Assembly (NCBI GenBank): GCA_965279375.1
Contig: OZ257156.1
Span: 4,128,001 to 4,192,000 of the forward strand
DNA from: Gemmatimonas sp.
GTDB lineage: Bacteria > Gemmatimonadota > Gemmatimonadetes > Gemmatimonadales > Gemmatimonadaceae
Length of the DNA stretch: 64,000 nt
Direction of reading: 5' to 3'
Shown here: positions 19,358 to 30,016 of the stretch, in pieces
How the letters are laid out: each line of letters starts with the position of its first letter
How positions within the stretch are numbered: the first letter of the stretch is position 1
Made by a program: the position numbers and the translations under genes
Notes under the pieces: generated by a model
Databases searched by the model: none
What the model was told of the DNA's origin: nothing
What the model saw: the letters and a program-made list of their open reading frames with translations, nothing else

Positions 19358-20175
19358 TAGTGCTTCTCCTTGCTATCGGCAGCGGGCTTGGCTTCGCCGG
19401 CGGCCGCTTCATGTGAAGCCGCCCCACCGTTGTTGCCGCCCTTGTACGTCGCGGAGTTCACGTTCGGCTTGCCACCGGTCGGCATAGGCGTCGGGTGCAA
19501 GTACGGCGCGGGCAGCGTCGGAGCGCTCTGCGACGGCCCCGGCACGCTCGTGCCGTTCTGCCCCGGGTAACCGGCCGGCGAACTATCCGGCTTGAACGAG
19601 GTCTTGCCCTGCAACGTGCGGATGTAGTTGACGACATCCCAACGATCGCGCTCTTCGATGCGGTTGTAGCTCGGCATCAGGCCACGGCCGTTGCGCATCA
19701 TGCCGTAGATGTAGCCGTCGGTCAGCTGGTTCATCACACGGTCCGACATGAGCGGGATACCGATGATACCCGACGCTGCCGCCTTGGGATTGCCGTTACC
19801 GGCGATCCCGTGGCAGACCGCACAGTTGATCTGGTAATTCTTGCGGCCGTTTTCGACCGAGCGCTCATCCACCGGCACCGGGTTGGGCACCGGCGCCAGC
19901 GAATCGATCACGTTGGGGTAGTTGCCGTACGACACCATGTACGCCGCCGCCGACGTTCCCGTGATGGGCACGCTGTACTTGGGCTGGCCGCGCGGGGGCG
20001 TCGTCGTGTCGTTCTCGTTCTGCGACATCGGCTCCCACGGATCGATCTTGGGCTGCTTCTTGAAATCGGTGAACCAGGTGCACGCACCAAACGCGAACGG
20101 CAGCACCAGCACGGCGGCCGGACGCACCGAGCGCTCGAGCGAGTTACGCATGGACGAGAGGGGTTGAGACTTCAC
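19357..20175 (-). CDS. actE: Alternative complex III monoheme cytochrome c lipoprotein ActE
   Basis: Lipobox FGAC, single CAVCH heme motif, GRGLMPSY, RWDVVNYIRTLQ. Start approximate (GTG 20175). Confidence 0.9.
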   Translation of the reverse strand: MKSQPLSSMRNSLERSVRPAAVLVLPFAFGACTWFTDFKKQPKIDPWEPMSQNENDTTTPPRGQPKYSVPITGTSAAAYMVSYGNYPNVIDSLAPVPNPVPVDERSVENGRKNYQINCAVCHGIAGNGNPKAAASGIIGIPLMSDRVMNQLTDGYIYGMMRNGRGLMPSYNRIEERDRWDVVNYIRTLQGKTSFKPDSSPAGYPGQNGTSVPGPSQSAPTLPAPYLHPTPMPTGGKPNVNSATYKGGNNGGAASHEAAAGEAKPAADSKEKH

Positions 20176-20179
20176 GTGT

Positions 20180-20679
20180 TCACGCTTCACGTCGCACCTC
20201 GACAGCGCCGTGCTGCTTGAGCAGCGCTTCGGCCTGCGTCGCCTTGGCGGAGTCGCAGGCGACGAAGATGCCGTAGTAGCCACCCGAGAAGCGGACGTCA
20301 TACCCAGACGTCGCCGTGAGGCGCGGGATGCGTGAGTTGATGAACATGCCGGCGACCGTGGACAGCGCGCCCACGAGCACCATGACTTCGAAACCGATGA
20401 TCGTGTACGGGATCCACGAGGCGATCGCCTTGCCACCCGTCACGAGCGGCCAGTACTCCGACGACCAGATCGCGATCCAGTAGCCAAAGCTGACACCAAG
20501 CAAACCACCGATGAGCGTGAAGCGACGCACGACGCTGATCGGCGCATCGATCGCGTGCTCGAGCTCATGGCGGATCGTCGGCGAGTACACGGTCACATCG
20601 CCGAGCTTCTTCTTCTTCAAATCTTCGATCGCGGCACAGGTCGTGTCGATCTCATGGAATGCTCCAACGACGCCTTGCA

Positions 20680-20680
<1 letters not shown>
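20180..20680 (-). CDS. actD: Alternative complex III subunit ActD (DUF3341)
   Basis: Two TM segments, WPLVTGGK, IGFEVMVL; ATG 20680 overlaps the actC stop (TGATG). Confidence 0.9.
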
Positions 20681-22080
<1,400 letters not shown>

Positions 22081-22095
22081 GTACGATGCGCCTCC

Positions 22096-25000
22096 TCAGG
22101 CCTTGGCCGACGCCGCAGGCGCCGGATGGTTGACCTTCTTCAAGTAGACCACGGCCGTGTACGTGTTCAGCTCTTCGAACACGTGGTAGGCGCGGCGATC
22201 GTATGCGAGTTTCGAAACGCTCCAGTTCTCGTCCGCGGCATCACCAAAGGTGATCGCTCGCGACGGGCACGCCTGCGCGCACGCCGTCGTGAACTCGTCC
22301 GCCTTGACCGGGCGTCCTTCTGCCTTTGCGCGATGCTCGGCTTCACGGATACGCTGCACGCAGAACGTGCACTTCTCCATGACGCCCTTGCCACGCACGG
22401 TGACGTCGGGATTGAGGCCCCAGTGCATCGGCTCCGGCCACGCGTACTGCTTGCGCTCCGGCTCGCCGTAGCCGAACCAGTTGAAGTAGCGGACCTTGTA
22501 CGGGCAGTTGTTGCTGCAGTAGCGCGTGCCTACGCAGCGGTTGTACACCTGCACGTTGAGGCCGTCCGGCGAGTGATACGTCGCGTACACCGGGCACACG
22601 GGCTCGCACGGCGCGTTGCCGCAGTGCTGGCACATCATCGGCACGAAGCGCGTATCGAAGTCCGGCGAGAACTCGTTGGCCGTGTTCTCGTTCCCCTCGT
22701 AGTAGCGCTCGAGGCGGATCCAGGCCATTTCGCGGCCCTTGATGATGTTCGCGCCCGGACGCTCATCCCACGTGGACGGGCTGAGCGCGCGACCCTGATA
22801 CGGCGCGCCCACCGTCGGAATGTTGTTCTCGCTGTAGCAGGCCGTGACGCACGCCGAGCAACCAGTGCAACGCGCCAGGTCGATCGTCATGGCCCAACGG
22901 CGGTGCTCCATCCCGGAGGAGTGCTCGGGCGAGTACATGCCCGTCGCCTTGCCATCCTTGTTGGCGAAGTCGCCCTGCGCATCGGCTGCGATCGGGGACT
23001 TAAGACCTGACATGAAGTCCTGCGACGGAAGTCCAGGAATTGCATGCTCATGCTCCTCGTCACCTCCACCGTTCAACAGCTCTTCCAGCGTGATCGCCTG
23101 ACCGATACCGCGGCCATGCTGGCGGGCCGAACCTTCGGTGGTGGCGAGCTGCGAGGCTTCGGCGAGGACTGTGACCTTGCCCTTGGCCGCAGTCAGCGTG
23201 AGGGCGCCAGAGGCATCCCAGCCGTGCGGGAGCAGGTCATACGCGTTCACGCCGATGTTCTGGGCGAAGCGGCCGTACGCGGTGTGACCCAATCCAAGGG
23301 CGACGGCGACCGTGTCCGGACGCACGCCCATGTACTGGTAGGCTGGCGCGGTGATCTTGCCGGACGCCGTTTCGATGGTCAGGTGCTGACCTTCCTTGAG
23401 GCCGAGCTTCTTGTACGTCGATGGGTGCACTTCCACCCACGACTGCCACGCGATCTTGGTGACGGGATCGGGGAGTTCCTGCAGCCACGGCTTGTTGGCG
23501 CCGCGACCGTCGCCCAACGTGGCCGACGGGTAGACATGCACGAAGTACTCACCCGCTCCTGCCGCGACTGTCGGCGAGGCCGGCACGCTGCCACCCTTGG
23601 AAAGCGAGGGCACCAGCGGGCTGCCAGCGACCGAGCCCTTGGTCAGTGCGTCGGTGAACGCCTTGGCGCCCCCCGGGAACTTGCTCAGGTACCAGGTGCG
23701 GTAGTCGGCGACGTTGTACTTGGCGGCCAGCGCCTGATCCTTCTTGGCGAGGTCGATGAGCACATCAGCGGTGGACTTGGTGTCGAACACCGGATCGAGC
23801 GTGGCCTGCTGCAGCGCAAGCTGACCCGGCGTCGTGACCGCATCGCCCCAGCTCTCGAGCCAGTGGTTGTCGGGGAGCACGAGATCGCAGAGCGACGTCG
23901 TCTCGTCCGGCATGGTCGAGAAGGAGACCTTGAACGGCACCTTGGCAAACGCGGCCGCGAAGCCCGCCGACTTGGGCATCGTGTGCGCCGGGTTGGCGCC
24001 GCGCACGAAGACCATCGGCACGCTGCCGGCGCCCATCGCCTGCACCGACGTCGCCAGTTCGGCGTACGACGAGAGGCCGTTGTAGCCGCCGTGTGCATTG
24101 GCCGGCTTGATCGTGACGCCGACCGAGCCCGCCTTCTTGTTGATCTCAGCGACCATGGTGCCGCACTCGACGGCATCGGCGCTGGTGACACCGCAGATCG
24201 CCATCACGCCGTTGCCGGCCTTGGTGATCGCGGCCGCGAGCGCTTCGATCGTGGCGACCGGCACGCCGGAGGCCTCGGACGCGGCGGCCGCGGTGCCCTG
24301 CCCAACCAGCGCAGCGCAGAAGGCCATCTCACTGCCCGGCTTCGTGGCGATCCACTGATCGGCGTTCAGGCCGGTCAGCGAGCGGCGCGCGCCGACGTAG
24401 ACCAGCTGCGGCGCGCCTTCGATCTTGGCGCGGGCATCGGCCCAGTCGAGCTGCTGCGGCACACTGTGCCCCCAGCCATCGAGGAAGTCGGCGCCAAAGC
24501 TGATGATCAGCTTGGCCGCGCTGAAGTCGAGCTGCGGCCACGCGACGCCGTACGCCTTCTGGTTGGCGGCGATCGTCGCGCCAGGCGCGAGCGCATCCAC
24601 GCTCAGATGAGCCGGCATCCCCTGCGCGGCAAGCCACGCATCGAGGAAGCCCGGGAAGGTGCCCGTCTCGTGCTGATTGACGAAGACGACGCTACCAGCC
24701 TTCCCCGTGCTCTTGACCTCGCCGAGCTTCGTCGCCAGCAGCTCGTAGGCCTTGTCCCACGTCGTCGGCTTGAGCGCGTTCCCGTCGCGCACCATCGGCG
24801 AGCGATAGCGGTCCGGGTTGTACACGCCCTGCATCGCCGACAAGCCGGTCGCGCAGATCGCGCCCCGGTTGAGCGGGTTCTCGGGGTTGCCCTCGAGCTT
24901 GATGGGGCGGCCGTCACGCACTTCGGCGTGCACGCCGCAGGCGGCGGCGCACTCGCGGCAGGTGGTCGCGTAGTAGGCGGACACACCGGGGACGGTGTTG

Positions 25001-25137
25001 TCGGGCGACGTCACGTACGGAATGAGCTTCCCCACCTTTTCGGAGGAGCAGCCCACCACGGCCGTGGACGCGCCGGTGGCGCCTAGGATCTTAAGGAAGT
25101 CGCGGCGCTTGACGCCGGTTCCCGCTTCAGTGCTCAT
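22096..25137 (-). CDS. actB: Alternative complex III subunit ActB (molybdopterin-oxidoreductase-like domain plus Fe-S domain)
   Basis: Tat motif KRRDFLK; Fe-S motifs CTGCSACVTAC, CQHCGNAPCEPVCP, CVGTRYCSNNCP, CTFC...CAQACP; GGAG RBS before ATG 25137. Confidence 0.95.
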   Translation of the reverse strand: MSTEAGTGVKRRDFLKILGATGASTAVVGCSSEKVGKLIPYVTSPDNTVPGVSAYYATTCRECAAACGVHAEVRDGRPIKLEGNPENPLNRGAICATGLSAMQGVYNPDRYRSPMVRDGNALKPTTWDKAYELLATKLGEVKSTGKAGSVVFVNQHETGTFPGFLDAWLAAQGMPAHLSVDALAPGATIAANQKAYGVAWPQLDFSAAKLIISFGADFLDGWGHSVPQQLDWADARAKIEGAPQLVYVGARRSLTGLNADQWIATKPGSEMAFCAALVGQGTAAAASEASGVPVATIEALAAAITKAGNGVMAICGVTSADAVECGTMVAEINKKAGSVGVTIKPANAHGGYNGLSSYAELATSVQAMGAGSVPMVFVRGANPAHTMPKSAGFAAAFAKVPFKVSFSTMPDETTSLCDLVLPDNHWLESWGDAVTTPGQLALQQATLDPVFDTKSTADVLIDLAKKDQALAAKYNVADYRTWYLSKFPGGAKAFTDALTKGSVAGSPLVPSLSKGGSVPASPTVAAGAGEYFVHVYPSATLGDGRGANKPWLQELPDPVTKIAWQSWVEVHPSTYKKLGLKEGQHLTIETASGKITAPAYQYMGVRPDTVAVALGLGHTAYGRFAQNIGVNAYDLLPHGWDASGALTLTAAKGKVTVLAEASQLATTEGSARQHGRGIGQAITLEELLNGGGDEEHEHAIPGLPSQDFMSGLKSPIAADAQGDFANKDGKATGMYSPEHSSGMEHRRWAMTIDLARCTGCSACVTACYSENNIPTVGAPYQGRALSPSTWDERPGANIIKGREMAWIRLERYYEGNENTANEFSPDFDTRFVPMMCQHCGNAPCEPVCPVYATYHSPDGLNVQVYNRCVGTRYCSNNCPYKVRYFNWFGYGEPERKQYAWPEPMHWGLNPDVTVRGKGVMEKCTFCVQRIREAEHRAKAEGRPVKADEFTTACAQACPSRAITFGDAADENWSVSKLAYDRRAYHVFEELNTYTAVVYLKKVNHPAPAASAKA

Positions 25138-25224
25138 GCAGTCACTCCGCTCCGGGCGGCCGCACGAGACCGTCAACGCGCACACTGCGCGCCGACGTCC
25201 CGTGAGTGAGGGTCAGTCGACGAA

Positions 25225-25842
25225 TCAGTAGTGGCAGACGCTGCAATCGTAGCGCGCCTTCTTGGCCGGCATCGCTTCGAGTTCGGGCGTGACCGGCTCA
25301 CCTGCCGCTCGCGCACCGTCGGCGGGCTTGTAGCCCTTCACGTGGCAGTTGACGCACCAACCCATGTTGAGCGAGTTGGCCTGCATCACCGGCACGTAGT
25401 TGGTATCAGGACCTTGCTTGCCCTGATTCTGGATCTGCCCATGGCACGTCTGACAGGTCACGCCCGCGTTGACATGGCGCATGTGCGGGAAGTGGACATA
25501 CTCCGGCACCTTGTGCACGCGATTCCAGGGAATCGGCTTCAGGCTGTCGTAGTACATCTTGACCTTCATGATCTCAGGCGCCGTGCTCTTGACCACCGCA
25601 TGGCAACCCATGCACGTGGACACCGACGCATTGCCCGGATCGGGCGACTTGTTGGCGGCGCTGTGACAGTACAGGCAATTCATGCCGGCTTTCTGAACAT
25701 GCGGCGAATGAACGAATTTGACCGGCTGCTCGACCCGCAGTCCCTGAGAGGACGAGGCGCCACTGTACGCCGACAGCAGTGCGGCCGCTGCGGCGAGTGC
25801 GAGGAAACCGGGAATCACCGTCCACTTCTTCTTGACCGTCAT
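25225..25842 (-). CDS. actA: Alternative complex III pentaheme cytochrome c ActA
   Basis: Five CxxCH motifs (CLYCH, CMGCH, CQTCH, CVNCH, CSVCH) and an N-terminal hydrophobic anchor. Confidence 0.95.
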   Translation of the reverse strand: MTVKKKWTVIPGFLALAAAAALLSAYSGASSSQGLRVEQPVKFVHSPHVQKAGMNCLYCHSAANKSPDPGNASVSTCMGCHAVVKSTAPEIMKVKMYYDSLKPIPWNRVHKVPEYVHFPHMRHVNAGVTCQTCHGQIQNQGKQGPDTNYVPVMQANSLNMGWCVNCHVKGYKPADGARAAGEPVTPELEAMPAKKARYDCSVCHY

Positions 25843-25993
25843 TGACGCGACCGGGAAGGCTTGGGTGGCAACACAGGCGAAGTAAATCCATCGGGATTCA
25901 CAACGCGAAAGGGCGGACGGCCCTCGTTGGCCGACCTCGTCGAGACGGGGTCAACCGCGTAAGTCGCTGTCCGCAGAGTTTTTGCAAGCGCGA

Positions 25994-26022
25994 AGTATGA
26001 CCGGCACCGTACTAGTACGCAA
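25994..26022 (-). promoter_or_regulatory. Putative act operon promoter with an overlapping palindrome
   Basis: Minus strand TTGCGT (26022-26017), 17 nt, CATACT (25999-25994); palindrome CGTACTAGTACG at 26008-26019. Confidence 0.5.
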
Positions 26023-26081
26023 GTGCAAAACGCGACTGTTAACGGGCCTTTCAAAAAGGTTCCGCGCGAGTGATCAACGCC

Positions 26082-26936
26082 TCAACCGACGCCGAGTTCC
26101 CGGCGCGCACGGGCCAAAATCTTGCTTCCATCCGCGAATGCCGCATCAGGCGTGACCGACCGTAACTCTGCGGGGAGCAAGTCCACCAGCGCGCGCGCCT
26201 GCTGGGTCAGCCGCAGTGGCCACCACGACGCCCACGCCAACCGCTCCGCCCCGACCGTGCGCACCAGATGCGCGAAGTGCTCCTCTGGCGGCCCCCAGAT
26301 CCAGCCGAAGTCGTACCACACCCGCGCCTGCTCGTCCGGCGTCAGTCCCCAGTGCGTCTCCTCCAACAGTTCGCGCCCGGCACCGGCAACCACCAGACGA
26401 CCACGCGATCCGGGGATGCGCGCCAACGCTCGGAGCGTCGCCGCTGGCACGTCGCCCACGGTGTCCATGGCGTGGCGCTGACGGAGGTCTTCGAATCGGA
26501 CGGTGAGGTGCATGACGATTCCTGCCTCGCCGCACGCCAGCATCAGCTCACGCATCCCCGGATGCCCCGGCCCCAGCCCCCACTGCGCGGGATAGACGCG
26601 AATCGCTGGCGCGCCTTCGTTCCGAGCCATGGCGAGCGTGGCTTCCCATTTGGGCCAGTCCGGCCGCACGATGGGCGCGGGCTGCAGCACGTCACGATGT
26701 GATGCGACGGCTTTGAGCAGATCCCGATTGGAGGACGACGGATCCCGGTGAAACGCGCCGGGCAGATGCCCCACCCAGGCCCCCGCATATCCCTCGCGCT
26801 CCAACACACGGACGAGAATGTCGGGCTCCGGATGCGGGATCTCGCGAAACGGATAGCCGCCAATCCACGCGTTCACGTCGATCGGGCGGAACGTCGACTC
26901 GGCCACGCCCTTGGTTGTCGAAGTCAGCGGCGTCAT
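26082..26936 (-). CDS. Amidohydrolase-2-like protein with a degenerate metal site
   Basis: IDVNAWIGGYPFR in place of DxHxH; RLAWASWWP in place of GSDxP; coupled (ATGA) to the upstream amidohydrolase. Confidence 0.72.
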   Translation of the reverse strand: MTPLTSTTKGVAESTFRPIDVNAWIGGYPFREIPHPEPDILVRVLEREGYAGAWVGHLPGAFHRDPSSSNRDLLKAVASHRDVLQPAPIVRPDWPKWEATLAMARNEGAPAIRVYPAQWGLGPGHPGMRELMLACGEAGIVMHLTVRFEDLRQRHAMDTVGDVPAATLRALARIPGSRGRLVVAGAGRELLEETHWGLTPDEQARVWYDFGWIWGPPEEHFAHLVRTVGAERLAWASWWPLRLTQQARALVDLLPAELRSVTPDAAFADGSKILARARRELGVG

Positions 26937-27823
26937 TCCGCGATCGCCTCGGGCAGTACCGGATCAAAGGCGCCCGCCGGAAAAATCCGCACGGCGTTCC
27001 GCCAGCGCATCGCCTCGATGTCAGCGGACGACGCCCCGGTGTGAGCGAGCGCGCGCAGTTTCGTGAGTCCCGTGCACAGCGTGAGGTCGGCCGCCCACAG
27101 CAGACGCGACGCGCCGACCCAGTGCAGCGCCTCGTCGATCATGCCGCGATCGACTCCGCTTCCCGACAGATCCATCACGATATTCGGGCAATCCACGACA
27201 GCAGGAAAAGTGTGCGCCCAGTCGCCGCCGCCACCGATGTGCGCCAGCAGAAACGTGGTGCGCGGATGCCGCGCGGCGAGCCGGGCGAGATCGATGCCGT
27301 CGGATGCATCCTGATTGGGCCAGTCCCGTCGACGATGCTGCCAGACGTGGTGCAGCACGGGCCAATGGTGCTCCGCGGCCACGGCCACCAACTCATCGAG
27401 CAACACGTCATCGGCACGCCGACCTGCGGCGAGTTTGAGCCCGATCGCACCACGCGCTGCGCCCCTCGCCATCTCTGCCATCGCGTGCGCCGTGAAATTC
27501 GGATTCACTGCCACGAACGCACGCACCTTCGCGCCGTGCAATGCAGCGAAATCGAACATCCAGTCGTTGGCTCGCGTCTGATCGTCAGGCGATGCGAAAT
27601 AGGTGGGCGAGGTGTGTCCCCACGACCCCAGCACCGACGCCACGTGTGAGCGCACACCGATGCGGTCGCCGGCCGATAGCCGCGACGCATTGTATTGCGC
27701 CCAGTCGCCGCGATTGGTGAACGGCGTGTGGAAGTGCGCATGTACGTCGATCAGGGGCGCGCTGCCGCCGAGCGGTTCGGGTGTCGCGTGCAGAGGAGCC
27801 TCCGCAGAGATAGTCTCGGACAT
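26933..27823 (-). CDS. Amidohydrolase-2 family metal-dependent hydrolase/decarboxylase
   Basis: IDVHAH, AIGLKL, PVLHH, LAHIGGG, RLLWAAD; ATG at 27823. Confidence 0.85.
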   Translation of the reverse strand: MSETISAEAPLHATPEPLGGSAPLIDVHAHFHTPFTNRGDWAQYNASRLSAGDRIGVRSHVASVLGSWGHTSPTYFASPDDQTRANDWMFDFAALHGAKVRAFVAVNPNFTAHAMAEMARGAARGAIGLKLAAGRRADDVLLDELVAVAAEHHWPVLHHVWQHRRRDWPNQDASDGIDLARLAARHPRTTFLLAHIGGGGDWAHTFPAVVDCPNIVMDLSGSGVDRGMIDEALHWVGASRLLWAADLTLCTGLTKLRALAHTGASSADIEAMRWRNAVRIFPAGAFDPVLPEAIAE

Positions 27824-27827
27824 ACGG

Positions 27828-29069
27828 TCAATCTTCGATGCGACGTGGCCCCGGCACCAGCGCTTGCGCAATGATTGGCATCGCGCGCGCGATGACGTCC
27901 ATCGCCTGCTCGTCGTGCGCAAGCGCCGCGAACTGGTAGGCACCACGCTTGAGCAGCACGCCCTCGCGCGCAGCGGCAGCGACGAGAGCATCGAGCTGCT
28001 CGGGCACGTCGGCCGTGAGCCGCCACATCACCGGCGGCCCCTCCGCGCGCACGCCGATCCACGGCGATTCCGCGAGCGCGGTGCCGATGATCTCCTGCAA
28101 CATGCCACCGGCCGCAGCGAGACGCTCGGCGATGTCCACACGCTCATGCCACCCCAACACCGCATTAGCTGCCGCCAGCCCCGTGCTCTCGGCGGCAGCA
28201 GTGGACGAAATCCACGTGCGCGTGGCGGCGCCCATGATCTCCGCGTGCCCAACCACGGCGGCCAGGGGATAGCCGTTAGCCATCGCCTTGCCCAGTGTGG
28301 TGAGATCGGGAATGACGCCCAGGAGTTCCTGCACGCCGCCCGTTCGGACGCGGAAAGCCGTCTTGATCTCATCGAAGACGAGTACCGCACCGACGCGATC
28401 GCAGGCACGACGAGCAGCGAGCAGCCATGCGCGATCGGCGATGTCGTGCACCAGCGGCTCGAGGATGACGGCGGCCAGCGTGTCGCCCGCCGCGTCGATC
28501 GCGGCCTCAAGTGCGGCGACATCGTTGAACGGCACCCACGTCACCGCACGACGTTCCGCCTCGAGGACGCCCGCCGCATCGCTGCACCAGTCGAGCCAAC
28601 CGAAGTAGCCGGAGGCGATGATCTGCGTGCGCCCCGTGGCAGTCCGCGCGAGCCGCACCGCCGCGGCGGTCGCCTCCGCGCCAGTTCGTAGAAAGCGCAC
28701 CTGTTCGGCGCACGGAATGACGTCGATGAGCCGTTCGGCCACCTCGACTTCGAGGCGATGCGGCAAGCCGGTAACGTTGCCTGCCGCCGCCGCCTCCTGC
28801 ACCGCGCGAGTGACGGCGGGATCGGCGTATCCGATGGCGACGGCGCCGAGTGCCATGGAGCAGTCGATGAAGCGCCGGCCGTCCGGCGCCCACAGTGTGC
28901 ACCCTTCGGCGCGCTCGTAGTGCGTAGGAACCGCCGCATCGAGCGCGCGTGTGCCGTAGAGCGCGTCAGGACGCTTGCTGCCGGTGGACGATCCGCCCGG
29001 GATGGCGTCGGCTGCGCGTGAGCGCCAGTCGTCGTCCGAATCCTCCGTGAACGGAATCTGCCGGTTCAC
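27828..29069 (-). CDS. Class III PLP-dependent aminotransferase (GSA-aminomutase-like)
   Basis: RAEGCTLWAPDGRRFID, FLRTGAEAT, LVFDEIKTAFR, PDLTTLGKAMANGYP; GTG 29069 overlaps the trmJ stop. Confidence 0.88.
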   Translation of the reverse strand: MNRQIPFTEDSDDDWRSRAADAIPGGSSTGSKRPDALYGTRALDAAVPTHYERAEGCTLWAPDGRRFIDCSMALGAVAIGYADPAVTRAVQEAAAAGNVTGLPHRLEVEVAERLIDVIPCAEQVRFLRTGAEATAAAVRLARTATGRTQIIASGYFGWLDWCSDAAGVLEAERRAVTWVPFNDVAALEAAIDAAGDTLAAVILEPLVHDIADRAWLLAARRACDRVGAVLVFDEIKTAFRVRTGGVQELLGVIPDLTTLGKAMANGYPLAAVVGHAEIMGAATRTWISSTAAAESTGLAAANAVLGWHERVDIAERLAAAGGMLQEIIGTALAESPWIGVRAEGPPVMWRLTADVPEQLDALVAAAAREGVLLKRGAYQFAALAHDEQAMDVIARAMPIIAQALVPGPRRIED

Positions 29070-29851
29070 TCCTCGATTCCTCGCGCGGTCAGCGCCTGCT
29101 TGACGGCCGCGCGCGATTCGCGTTCGATCGTGCGCAACACTTCGATGCTGGCGGTGCGGAGCAGCAGGAGTTCGCGTGCGTCGGGCGCGGCGCGGAAGAT
29201 GAGCGAGCGCATGTTGCGCATGATGTGCTCGGAGTTGCGCGTCTTGAAATACGCCAGTGCGGCCAGCGCAGCCTCGACGTCGGCAAAGGCCAACTCGAGC
29301 TCCTGCATGGTTGGCGGCGCGGTGGCCTTCTTGGGAGCGGCGATGCGCTTGGTGGCATCGCCCGCCTGCGTGTGCAACTCGTACAGGGCCACGAGACAGG
29401 CTTGCGCCACGTTGAGCGAGAAGTGCTCGGTGGTAGGAATCGTCGCCACGGCGTGCGCGCGATCCAGCGCGTCGTTGGGGAGCCCGTGATCCTCGCGCCC
29501 GAACATGATCGCCACCCGACCTTCCGGGATGTAGCTCAACAGATCCGCCGCAGCGGTTCGCGGCGTGTGCCGTGCCCACTTGGCGGCTCGACGACGTCCG
29601 GAGAAGGCGATGACGCGTACGCAATCGGCCAGCGCGTCGTCGATCGTCTCGAAGTGCTGAATGCGCTCGACGATGTCGCGCGTGTCGTGTGCGATCTGCT
29701 CCAGCCGATTCTTGTCGTAACGGCAGGGGCGGATCAGACGAAGGTCCACAGCGCCCATGTTCTTCATCGCGCGCACAACGGCGCCGATGTTGATCGGGTC
29801 CTGCGATTCGTAGAGCACGACCGTCACGGCGGTCAGAACGGAGTCGGTCAT
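29066..29851 (-). CDS. trmJ: SPOUT RNA methyltransferase, TrmJ/LasT family
   Basis: NIGAVVRAMKNMG, MFGREDHGL, SLNVAQA; ATG at 29851. Confidence 0.88.
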   Translation of the reverse strand: MTDSVLTAVTVVLYESQDPINIGAVVRAMKNMGAVDLRLIRPCRYDKNRLEQIAHDTRDIVERIQHFETIDDALADCVRVIAFSGRRRAAKWARHTPRTAAADLLSYIPEGRVAIMFGREDHGLPNDALDRAHAVATIPTTEHFSLNVAQACLVALYELHTQAGDATKRIAAPKKATAPPTMQELELAFADVEAALAALAYFKTRNSEHIMRNMRSLIFRAAPDARELLLLRTASIEVLRTIERESRAAVKQALTARGIEE

Positions 29852-30016
29852 CCAGTGGGGAACGAAGTACGGACGGGCGCAAACGCGGGGCTGTGACGCG
29901 TGTTCGATTCGAGCAGACGCGCGTCGCGCCCACAAGATAGCGGTCCAGCGTCAGCGCAGTGTTGACGGCGCGCCGCGAAAAGGCGCCCGCCGCGCCGATT
30001 TCGCGAATTCCGATGC

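Noticed and set aside
25882..25903. TTGTGAA as a possible Rex box in the actA leader
   Set aside because: No matching half-site at 4 nt spacing; better explained as the hairpin GTGAATCC-CGAT-GGATTTAC.
27828..29069. Calling the aminotransferase hemL
   Set aside because: HemL signature segments are missing and there are no heme biosynthesis neighbours, so no symbol was assigned.
29070..29933. Apparent 701 aa aminotransferase fusion in the ORF track
   Set aside because: The N-terminal extension overlaps trmJ in another frame; the real start is GTG 29069.
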